From Chrysochromulina tobinii (Eukaryota): a DNA stretch of 34,293 nt. The DNA lies in NCBI GenBank assembly GCA_001275005.1, contig JWZX01003121.1, positions 1 to 34,293 on the forward strand. The letters run 5' to 3'. Below the pieces are notes generated by a model, which was given only the letters and a program-made list of their open reading frames with translations, did no database searches and had not been told where the DNA came from. Below, piece by piece: positions 1-10,500 of this stretch; within the stretch, counting starts at the first letter, position 1; the number at the start of each line of letters is the position of its first letter. The position numbers and the translations under genes were made by a program.

Positions 1-511
1 CCGCGCTGGCGCACGGCCGCGGGCTGGGCGCGCGCGCGTCGCCTCTCCCTGGTCGGCGCGCGAATGCGCCGCGGCCCGCGCGCCGAACGCGCCGACTAAA
101 CGGCGACGCGCGCCGTCCGGCGCGCTCGCGCGCATCGGTCGTTCTCGTTCACGTCGTTGCGACGCGCCTCAAATAGAAATACTGATGTCTGATCGCCGGT
201 TACCACGTGCGTTTTCGTGCTTATCAGTGCTGTAGATGGTTACAATTGGAATGAAAATCTCACTACAAGACTGTGGGTGGGACTGGGAGCGTATGGACAG
301 CTTCATTCATGTTTCATGCCGTCCGAACGCATCCTGGCAGAGGACGAGCCTTGACGCTTTGTTCGACCTGCTCCGCTGCATCCCGGAGTCCTGACCATCA
401 ACGAGACAGCTGCTGCAGGGCCCACCCGTTTGCGCCCCGTGACCTCGATCGAGGCGTACGCCCTGAACATGGATTGCTTCCCCCCGCTACTGCTCAGCGA
501 TTAAGAGGAGC

Positions 512-757
512 TTACTTCCCGCGCTTGGCGAGGTACTCGGCGAACGACTCGGCCTTGTGGATGGCCTGCTGCTTGCCCTTCGGGTCGTTCGGGTCGACGT
601 ACGTGGGCGCCGGGTCGCGGGTAGCCTCACCACCGCCGAAGCCCTTGCCGCCCATGGCGATCTTGGACTGCGCCAGCTTGGGGGCGAAGGCGGGGCCAGT
701 GAAGGCCTGAGCGAGCGCGAGCACGGCGGCAAGGACGACGATGCGGAGGTACAGCAT
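512..757 (-). CDS. Small (81 aa) putative plastid-targeted protein of unknown function
   Basis: ATG-TAA ORF with GC3-rich codons; signal peptide MLYLRIVVLAAVLALAQA followed by F (ASAFAP-type cleavage), transit-like FTGPAFAPKLAQSKIAM, mature part GGKGFGG...SFAEYLAKRGK. Confidence 0.85.
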   Translation of the reverse strand: MLYLRIVVLAAVLALAQAFTGPAFAPKLAQSKIAMGGKGFGGGEATRDPAPTYVDPNDPKGKQQAIHKAESFAEYLAKRGK

Positions 758-1293
758 GTTGCGAGTCGATATTGCTTTTAGCGAGATCGGGATCGTCGCA
801 GATCGCAGATCGCAATCCCGCGACGAAACGAGATTCGCTCAGGAGACGCGGTCCGCGTTTGGGACCCTCTTTTCGGTGGTCACGGAGGCTGTGAAAACGG
901 CAAAAAACCCGTGGGCTAACACTTACCTCACATGTAGTATGTACCCAAGGCTACCCATATCCCATAGAGTGTGCATAGTTTGTAACTTAGTTTCGTAAGT
1001 CGTGCTGCACTGAGCACTCTGGCCCGGGGGCGCCTCTCACGTCCGTCATGGCTCATGCCTCTCTCTAATCATGGCAAATTAATGGATAACATGGCGGGTG
1101 AATACTCTGAGGATCGCACGGAGTTGCCACACGTATGCCACACGGGCCACAAAAAGTTGTACACGCGGCTCGCGGGACGGACGCGGCTCGGTCGCGCAGC
1201 GGTTCGCAGCGAGTGTCTTGTCAAATTGTGCCTTCGTCCGTCCGCATGCCCACACACGCACACCCCCATGATGCAGCCGCTGTGCTGATGTGC

Positions 1294-1978
1294 TCACTTC
1301 TTGGTCTTCGCCTTCTGCGCCCTCTTGGCCGCCGCCCTCTTGGCCGCGCGGTTGGCTCCCGGCGGTGTGGCCATGCTTTCGTTGACCTCATCGGGGTCCT
1401 CTCCTGCCGCGATGCGGCGCGTCGACTCACGCATCGCCTCGAACTGCATCAGGAAGAGTCCGACCTCCGTCTCGGGCTGGCCGCTCGCGACGGCGAGCCG
1501 TTGGATGCGAGGGCCGGGCCTGGCGCCGCCTGACTTGAGGTCTTCAATCAGCATCTCGGGATTTGCCCGCTCGTCTTCTAGCATCACCTCGACGATTTTC
1601 TCGTGCTTCAGAAATTTCTGCTTGGTCTCCGCGAGCTGTGCGTCGGTGAGCGTCGGCATCCCCGGGATACCCTTGCCTCCCAGTTTGGCGAACGCAGAAG
1701 ACATTGTAAGGAAGTCCTCGAATGAGACCTCTCCGCTCGCAGCTCGCCGGTCGATTCCAGAGACGACCTCATCGGCACCGGTTGACACCGCCTTTGGTGC
1801 AGCCTCATCCCCTGCGGGGGTAGAGGTCCCAGCAACCTTTGCAAACTGATCAGCCGCCGACTTAAGGCCACCAAAGACGTCTCCAAACATCTTCGACGCG
1901 AGACTCTCCATCCGTGGGTCCTGGACCACGCGCCTTTTGCTGCTGGTGATAATGCTGCTGCTGCTGCTGCTGCTGATA

Positions 1979-2023
<45 letters not shown>

Positions 2024-2094
2024 CTGTACAGCGTGCGTGCTGACCAAGCCTGCACGGACAGCACGTACAACATGTTGAGCACGAGCTTTCGCAT
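1294..2094 (-). CDS. Putative plastid-targeted protein with a stand-alone SRP54/Ffh M-domain
   Basis: Start at ATG 2094 (MRKLVLNMLYVLSVQA-W), Ser-rich transit-like region; SFEDFL..M...GIPGMP...KIVEVMLEDERANPEML...RIQRLAVASGQPETEV..FLMQFEAMR follows the M-domain pattern; no GTPase motifs. Confidence 0.75.
1938..2022. repeat. Interrupted (CTG/CAG)n microsatellite encoding poly-Ser in the transit-like region
   Basis: Runs of gctgctgctg interrupted twice by gataat. Confidence 0.95.
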
Positions 2095-2446
2095 TGTTTT
2101 GCTTCGGAGATCGGACCGTTCTCGTAAACTTCTCACCTCATAAAGAGATGCAAAACCCAACCCATGGCCCTGTTGCTACGACGTGCCTTCACAATCGTAA
2201 AACAACAAACGATGGATCTGTGACGATCTGAGCGTCCGTGGTCACGTCGGCCCTGTGCGCGGGCCCGTGCATGCGGCGCGGCGGTCCGCGGTTCAGTATA
2301 GACAACGATACATAAACCCGACAGGTGCGTGCTTGTGGCACTCCTTTTGCGTGAAGTCATGCGCCAGAACCCCCTGCCGATCCAGCGTGGAGCATGCCCA
2401 TGCTGCACGCGTGCTGCCCGTACACTCACCCGCAGGGCTCGAGAGC

Positions 2447-5029
2447 TCAGAAAGCGTCAGAGAAGCGGCCGCCACGATAGCCGCCGCCACCGCTGCCGCC
2501 GCCGCCACCGCTGCCGCCGCCGCCGCCGCTGCCGCCGCCGCGCTCCCCGCCGTACCGCCCGCTGCCGCCGCCACCACGGTCTCCATGATCGTTGTACCGT
2601 GCACCCCCGCCACCGCCGCCGCGGGAGCCATACGGTGAGCCGCCGCCACGATCGCCGCCGCGATCGTTGTAGCTGCTGCGGTACCCGCCGCCGCCACCAC
2701 GGAACCCGCCGCCGCCGCCGCCGCGACCGCCGCGACCGCCACGACCGACGCCACGACCGACGCCACGACCGCCTGGGCCGAAGGGCCGGTCCTTGCGCAG
2801 TGGCGGCAGATCGAGGCACTCAGAGAGCGTCAGAGGTCCCAAAGTCTTCGAGGCTGTCGAAGCGGTGACCATGTCTATGGCCATCTCGACTGGCAAGTCG
2901 AACACGAGCTGCGAGCGAGGAGCACGATACAGCGACGGTCAGCAGCACGCAGCGCGAGCAACATCGCAGCAGGCCTGGCGTGATGGTACCCGCAGCGGCC
3001 CCGGCCCTCCAAGGCCGCAGCAAGGGAGGCGCAGCCATTGGCGAAGCACGCAAGTGTTGTGCGCCGCATCGACGTCCGCAGGTGCCACGGCGGTGAAGGG
3101 CACGACTGCGGTGCTTTTTATGCGGCGGAGGCTAGGGTAGCCGAGGGCGCAGTGCATCCGAAGAGGGGGGCAGTGCGTTCGCGAGGCACGTACCTGGCTT
3201 GCGTCTTCGCACGCACGGATCTTACCAACGTGATCGGCAGCGCGCTCACCACTCGAAGTCTTCCCGAGACGATTGATGGCCGCCATGGCGTCGCCGGCGG
3301 TGAGCATGCTGCCATCACTTGCCTCGAGGAGCAAGGTCGTCTGCCCCTCCTCGCCCGTAAGCAGTGAGCGCTGCGTGAGCGTCACCTTGCCTGCAACGAG
3401 CGCGAGCGCCTGCGCCACGTGGGCGACCACGTCGTCACCCGCAAGCAGCTCGGCTGCCGCTGCCGTGAAGTACTTTTGAACCTTGGGCTCAACGGCCTTG
3501 AGCCGGCGTGGCACGAGCTGCGCGGCCGCCGCCATCACCGTTGACGTCGAGGGCGGTCCGGACTTGACGAAGCGCACGTTGGCGCGCCGCTCGAGATTGG
3601 TGACCTCGCGCTCTTCTCGCTCCGAGTAAAGGAGTAGCGACGTACCGGTACGGCCTGCGCGGCCTGTCCGGCCCGAGCGGTGCACGTACGAATCGGGGTC
3701 CTGTGGCAAGCGATACTGAACCACGAGGTCGATGCCCTGGATGTCGATGCCACGCGCTGCCACGTCCGTCGCCACGAGCACGTTGAAGTGACCCTCACGG
3801 AATCTCCGCAGCGTCAGATCGCGCTGAGCCTGTGAAAAGTCGCCGTGGAGAGCCTGCGGCGAGAGGGCGGAGAGGGCCGAGGAGGCGCACAGCTCGTCGA
3901 CTTCGCGCTTGGTCGAGGTGAACACGATCGTCTTCGCATTCTCCGTTCCGTACACGGCGATCACATCCGCGAGGGTCGAGCAGCGTGCCGTCTCGGCAGC
4001 GGGCGTGAGCACAGCGCGGTGGTCTACCGATGTGGCCGCCTCCGATTGGCCCTTGCCCACGGCGTCGATCTCGATCGGGTCAGTCTGATGCTGGCGCGAT
4101 ACGTCGCGCACCCATGGCGGATGCGTTGCCGAGAAGAGGACCGTCTGCCTGTCCTGCGCAGAGGCCGCCTCGAGGATCTGTTCCACGTCCTCCTTGAAAC
4201 CCATGTTGAGCATCTCGTCCGCCTCGTCGAGCACCACGTGGCGCAGGTTGTCGAGCAGCAGCCCGCCGTTGTTCAGATGGTCGATGATGCGCCCTGGCGT
4301 ACCCACGAGCACGTCGATGCCGTTGCGCAGTGCACGCTCCTGCGGCGGATATGGGGTGCCACCCGTGAAAGTGTGAACTTCCATGCGGTGCGGCCGGCCG
4401 AGCATTTGGATGACCTCGCCAACCTGCTTGGCGAGCTCGCGCGTCGGCACGAGCACGAGCATGCGCGGCGCCCGACCACGTTCGGGCCGCTCGCGGCGCT
4501 GCTCTTCGGCCAGCCGCTGCACGAGTGGGAGCGCGAAGGCAAGAGTCTTGCCTGTACCCGTGCGCGAGCGCCCAAGCATGTCATGCCCCGCACGCAGCAT
4601 GTCGTACGACTGGGCCTGGATGGGCGTAAAGTGAGTGATGCCCTTCTCGGCGAGCATGGTGACCGTGGTCTCGTCCACGTTAAACATCGCGATCGGCGGA
4701 CGGTCAGGATCGTCCGGATCCGGCGTGGGTGCGGCATTCGGGTCGTCGTCATCCAGGGCCCACAGCTTCTCTGAGTCGCCGGCTATGCCGCCGTCGTCGT
4801 CGAGCGCTAACGATGCGAGCACGTCCGCAGCCTCGACCTCCTCATCTCCAGGAATCGAAATGTATTCATCATCAAACGGCGTGGATTTACCGTCGACACG
4901 CTCGGCTGCGACGCACTGCACTGCGGTGCGCTGGTGATGCGCCGCGCGGCAGGTGAATGGTGTTGGAACCAGCGAGGTCGGCAACCAGGAAGCCGTAGTC
5001 AAGGCTAGGGCAAACATCGCTCCCGTCAT
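2447..5029 (-). CDS. DEAD-box RNA helicase, RH3/DDX21-type, probably plastid-targeted; exons 5029-3194 and 2908-2447
   Basis: Q motif FTPIQ, SRTGTGKT, PTRELA, TPGR, DEAD, SAT, HRSGRTGRAG; GUCT-like C-terminal region; RGG/Gly tail; leader MFALALTTAS-W. Splicing gives EDASQ|LVFDLP in frame. Start could be 5029 or 5017. Confidence 0.92.
2909..3193 (-). other. Spliceosomal intron (285 nt) of the helicase gene
   Basis: Donor CAG|GTACGT, acceptor CTCGCAG|CTC, phase 0; joins two ORFs in frame. Confidence 0.85.
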
Positions 5030-5418
5030 ATGACGTGAAGCGGTGAAGGCCTCGGGGCAAAAACCGTTTCCTCGAAGTTCACATATGAGATGCAATCTCA
5101 ACCTCATCTCAGAGATTCACGTCCCGGTCCACAGTGTCTACTTGGTCTGGTCTTTGTGCGCGACAAACCGTGCTACGGCACATACAATTGTATGTGCATT
5201 GCCGAACTGAACTTGCTTCGTGCCCACTCGTGTGCGCACGTTCGGTCGTTCGCACCCAAACATGCCCAAGCTCTTACCTGTAGGTGAGATGGGGCGTGCT
5301 CGCATCGCGAACCGTTCCTCTTAACGGAGCCGTTCACGACAACACGTCGGTTGCCACTTCACGGTTCACGCCGACTTTGACTTGACTTCACGCCGCATCG
5401 CGCTCTCATTTCGCATAA

Positions 5419-6810
5419 ATGGCGGCGAGATGGGAACCGCCCGCCTGGGCGACCCTACCGAAGAGCAGCTTGGTTGCGCTCGAGGTGCGCCATGGTTCCA
5501 CCGTGCTCAAAACGCACAGTCTGGTTGCGAAGAAGGCCTTCGTGCTCGGTCGGCAGGTCGGCGTTGCGGATCTCCTCGTTGAGGATGAGGGTGTCTCTCG
5601 CCAGCACGCAGCGCTGGTGCACAAGGATGACGCGCTCTTCCTCATCGATCTCAAGTCACTCGCGGGAGTCACCGTTGACGGCCAGCGCGTCAAGCCGCTC
5701 GAGGCCACGACATTGAAGGAGGGCTCCGAGATCGCGCTCGGAGAGACTGCTCTCCGCTATTTTGTCAAGGGCCTTGCAGCAATGCCGCCTCCGCCCGCAG
5801 CATCGGTGTCCGCCTTCGAGCCGCCTGCGTGGGCTGTGGTGCCACCAGTGCCCGTCATCATGCAGCTTCAGGAGGGTGGCCAGAAGATCCAGTCTCTCGA
5901 CCTCTCTCGGCATTCCTCATACGTGCTCGGTCGGAGCAGTGCCTCTGCCAAGATCATCGTGCCACACGATTCAGTCTCTCGCCAGCACGCTGCCATCGTG
6001 CACGGCCTTCGGGGCGATGGTGGTGCGCCTTCGGTCCACATCATCGATCTCAACTCCGCTAAGGGCACGTTCCTCGACCTCGGCCGCGGGTGGACGCGAT
6101 TAGTGCCAAACGCGCCCACCCTCTGGCCGCCTGGTGGTCGTCTACGCCTCGGCGACTGCCCGACGCGTGTTGTCTTCCCGCCGCCCGTGGGCTCTGCGCC
6201 CCCAGCAGGTGCCAGCACAGCAGCCCCCTCGATGGCGGCTGCCGGCTCATTAAAGGCCCCGCTGCAAATGCTACCGCCCCCTGCCCTAGGAGCGAGCCAG
6301 GCCCTTTCCTCTGCATCCACCGCTGTGGGCGCCGCTGCACACACCGCCGTCGACCGTGTCGCAAACGGTGCCTCCCAGACGGACGGTGCGGCGGACGACG
6401 CGCCGCAGTTCTCCTCACTGCTCTCGAGCACTCTCGTGAGACCCGCTGAGCCGGAGCAAGAATCAGTGAACACGGCTACAGATGCTGCTGCTGCTGAAAA
6501 CAGCGACATCTCGATTGGTGCTGCCGGTCCGGGCGCGCCGATTCCGCTGAAGAATGCCGACTTCCGCAATGCGTTGCTGCCCTTCTTGAGCGTCAAAGTG
6601 GTCGAAGAACCGTCTGCACGCAACGGCAGCGAGAAACCCAAAGGTAAGCACAGCAAAAAGCGACGCGCTAACGACGACTCTGAGTCAGACGGTGAGGCGC
6701 CACCGCCGCCGATGGTGCTCGACAAAAGCGAGCAGTCCGGCGGGCTCATACTTCGCAAGGAGAAAGCGGCAGCAGGAAAGAAAAAGGCCTCGACGAAGAT
6801 CAAGTTCTGA
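5419..6810 (+). CDS. Tandem FHA-domain protein (NIPP1/kanadaptin-like FHA type)
   Basis: Two units of (W/F)EPPAWA...VLGR...VSRQHAA...IDLxSxxG; basic NLS-like C-terminus ending KIKF. Confidence 0.88.
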   Translation: MAARWEPPAWATLPKSSLVALEVRHGSTVLKTHSLVAKKAFVLGRQVGVADLLVEDEGVSRQHAALVHKDDALFLIDLKSLAGVTVDGQRVKPLEATTLKEGSEIALGETALRYFVKGLAAMPPPPAASVSAFEPPAWAVVPPVPVIMQLQEGGQKIQSLDLSRHSSYVLGRSSASAKIIVPHDSVSRQHAAIVHGLRGDGGAPSVHIIDLNSAKGTFLDLGRGWTRLVPNAPTLWPPGGRLRLGDCPTRVVFPPPVGSAPPAGASTAAPSMAAAGSLKAPLQMLPPPALGASQALSSASTAVGAAAHTAVDRVANGASQTDGAADDAPQFSSLLSSTLVRPAEPEQESVNTATDAAAAENSDISIGAAGPGAPIPLKNADFRNALLPFLSVKVVEEPSARNGSEKPKGKHSKKRRANDDSESDGEAPPPPMVLDKSEQSGGLILRKEKAAAGKKKASTKIKF

Positions 6811-7514
6811 TGAAGACTGCACCGCGACGGGATGCCACTGCCATGTCTGACTCGCTGACGACGGAGTGAGAAGTGCAGCCGAATCGGCTGCCCGCCGCGC
6901 GTTTTTGGACCACACCTCTGCGTGCAGTGCGGTGACCGGTGCCGGCCGGGTGGCGTGGGCGCGCGGATCGCGGGACGCCGACCCGCCGCGCTCAAAATAG
7001 GTTTTTAGCTTTCGACGGGCCGATACGTTGCGGGGTAATCCGTTGTCGTCCTTCGCCGCCGTGTCACGCCAAACGCCCAACGAACGGCGGACGAAAATCA
7101 AATTAACGTAAAATCAAGAGTCATATAAATCGCCAACCGAGACGCGACCAAGAATGAAGAAATGTCCGCATATGCCCGGCCGTATATCTCTACTGCGTCT
7201 CAATGCTTGCCGCTCGTCTATACCGTACCGCTCGTCTATACACCCGCTTACCTCATAAGTACTCGATACTAGAATCGCTCTTAGCCTTCTAAGGTTCTCG
7301 CTCTCGAGTGCAGGGCCTTGTAGGTCCGAGTATTTTGAATTTCGTTTGCAGTTCTCATTTCTGCGCACTGCGGCGGCCTTGCGCGCGTGAGACGGGTGAT
7401 GGAGTCGGCGCGTCGACATCGTGTGTTCGCCGCTGCTGTCACAATCGCCGCTGACTCATGAGCGGTCGGGTTGCCCCCATTCGCCTCTGGTCTGCCGACT
7501 AGCAGAACGAGCAT

Positions 7515-10500
7515 CTATTTCTGCTTCGTCTGCAACTCGTGCATTGCACCTGGCATAGAGTTGTCCTTCGCCCACGTGAAAAACTCAATTGCTGAGATTC
7601 GCACATTCGTGGTTCGGGTTGCACCTTCTGATGGGGTCTCATCCGAACCCTCAATGCGGCGAAAGATTATCTGCAGTAAATGTTCAAGGCACCGATGGAT
7701 CGGCTGACGAGGCGGCGAGTTCCACTTTCCGGTGCGCTCGGTCTGGAACACTTCGAACATGGCTGGCTTCTCGCGTTTCAGATGGGCCACAAAAACCCCC
7801 GCGTCCGGGAGTTCCGCGTCACGGATCTCATCGTCTGTGGGCAGAGGTGCGATGGCTGCGAACCGGCAGAGGGCTTCGAGGAAGCCCTCGAATGGCAGAT
7901 GCTTTTCCTTGAGCCGGCCGCCGACGGTCTGCCCGTCGATGACGCACATGATCGACCAAAGGAAGCAGTATGCCGACACGCTCTTGCTCGGTCCAGAATT
8001 CTCGCCGATCAGGCCAAGGCTGCGCAAAAAGCCTCGCCAAACCTCAAAGCTGCAAAGCTTTCCAAGCTGGCCGCGTGTGTTGGTAAGCGCGTCCAGGCCG
8101 TCAAAAATGACGCGCAGCGACATCTCGTGCTTCGTGAGTACGTCATGCACCTCTTGTGTGTAGCAGTGACCGCGCCTGAACTCGTCTGGGGCACTCAAAG
8201 ACGGCTGGAGAGTCGGACTGACGTCAGACACGAGAAGCTGCTCTAGTGCCACACTCATGTTGGTTGTGACGCCACTCAGAAGATAGCGACTGAGTGCGAC
8301 ACGGACGATGGCGCACATAAACTCGATTCGGGTCAGGCCACTCTGCCGATTCTTTTCGTCCTTCTTCTCGATCGTCGTGGCGGTCTCGCTCTTCAACGCG
8401 TTCTCACTCGTGTGTTGCCGCGCTTCCCCCATGGCGACCGCCTCGGAGAAGATCAAGTCTATGTCAACCCTCTTGCAGTGCTCAGAGTCGTTCACGAAAA
8501 GCTTTGAATCATTGGCGAATCGGGTCCATCCATCTAGCGCAACCAAGTCGACATCGTCCTCTGAAGACAGCGCCGCTTTGCAATAGTAGCTAAACGCAAG
8601 GTTGATCAGCTGGTGATGAATCAACAGTATCGCACCAACCTCTTCATACTCTTCTGGAATGCCTTCGGAGTCGTGGTTCGTCGCGGCGTCGCCATCAAAA
8701 CGGAAGATCGTGCGCATGACGTTGTGGCGTAGCACCCGCCTCCATTCATTGGAGAATCGCTTGAACAGAACTTCCTCGTTGTCGTAAAAGTCCTTGGCGT
8801 CACACCACCTTTCACGCGGCGCCCAGATTGATTTGCGCAAGCTGAAGGGCGTAACTTGCACTTCGAAGAAGCCATAGGGTGGAGGTCGGCTCGGGATGGC
8901 ATACCAACGTCGAGCCAAGGTGAGTTTCTGCTGCTTCTGCGCAAGCATCGCGTTCGACGATGGTAGACCATATCCGCCTGGGCGGGCGCCGCTACGTCTC
9001 AGTTTCTCCCTCCGCACCAGGTCAGCCTCTTCGCCAGGTTGCGGCTCTAACCAGACACTCGTCAAGTGGTCGAGATATGCTCGCGTATCGTCGCTTTCAC
9101 GAGAGAGCTCGTGTGGCGAATATGACTCAATGTCCCGAAAATGCGCGACGCTGATCTCTGGCCTTGCAGGGAGATGTGGTGGCTGCTGCAAGGTGCGTCT
9201 CGACCGTTGTTTCGGACTCGCCGCCGATTCTGGAAAGGTCTGCCAAGCCCACGTCTTCTCCATCAAGAGTTGAGAGTGCGGAGCGGTAGAGTCTGCTGCC
9301 TTCACACCTGGCGCCGCCGCTTGTTGTAAGGGTCTTGATGGTGCAACCCGATGCGTCGGTGCCTGGTTGCGACCGCTACTCCCAGCGCCAGCCTTGATAC
9401 GCATCATCTCCGTCATGCGCAACTCTGTCAGCATGCCATCCAATGCATCTCGGGTGACCCTTTGTCGACTGCTATGCTTCTTGTACTCGAGTGGTATCTC
9501 AGGAACCTTTGCACGCTGAATGATCCCCGCGGTCGAGGCCGTCTGCTCGAGCGGAAACTGCAGGTGAAATGGCTCTTTGCGTGCGTACAGCTCAGGCACG
9601 GAGGCAGCATGTTCTTTAGGTGTATCGCGCTGGTTTTTCGCCGCTGCATTGGTGACATGCGGACGCCGTGCGTCGATCACGACATTCTCCTCCTCATCTT
9701 CATCATAGAGACCGTCAACATCGTAATCATGCCCGGGCTCGTCATCTGAAGGAAGAAACCAAAGCTTTGTCGCCAACGAACGGCCATGATTCACATTCTG
9801 AACAAGACGTCGAGACTGCGTCCGGCCATCCGCTATGATGCGCAATGCGAGGCTGCGCATCCTTTGGAGGTGGTTGGCGAAAGCAGCATGCCGCGCACGG
9901 TTCCAGCTGCTTTTAGCTGTGTTCTTAGCATCGGCCTCGACGTTCACTTCATCCAGAGCGTGCCCGGCGGCCAGGGTTCCGGTCACCAAGTAGTGATCTG
10001 CCTCTTGAGGGAGGCGTACAGGCGAGGATAGCTGCTGCAGGACAATGCTCTCTCCACGCATGCACCGGTTGCCGAGCGATGCAGCAGCGTTCAAGTTGTA
10101 CTGCAGATGAGTCAGCTTCATTACTACCAACTCGAGAACAACTTCATGGTCGTACGTCCAGCGATGTGAGCATCGTGTCAAGAGGGGCGTGCGCGAGAGA
10201 CTACGCACGAAAGCAAAGAAAATGGCCACCCACGTCGCGGAGGCCCCGAGCAACGCGCCTGGCCTCTGACGTGACACCTGCAGGAAAGCAGCGCGTGCTA
10301 TCTCTGTTGTTGCTATTCCCAGCTGAGAGCAGCATGACATGAAGCGCTCTAATGCGAGTGCATGCTCGCCAAGTTGCGTAGTGCCTGCAGCAACCGACGT
10401 CGCTTGAGCCTTTTCCCTGGCATTCCGACTGCCGATGTTGAAGATAGAGTGCGCCATGGCAGCGTGAACAATTGAAGTGGTGACCATCTCACCATAGTAG

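Noticed and set aside
1862..2143. Poly-Leu (+) and poly-Gln (-) ORFs
   Set aside because: Alternative-frame readings of the CTG microsatellite within the M-domain gene.
2939..3193. C-terminal extension of the 722-aa helicase ORF (also RRP9 27998-28243 and ankyrin 24214-24531)
   Set aside because: Read-through past splice donors; spliced models restore conserved sequence.
5868..6995. 375-aa antisense ORF (likewise 3845-4774, 16481-17680, 17026-18141, 21140-22147, 29518-30564)
   Set aside because: Shadow ORFs of GC-rich genes; no recognisable domains.
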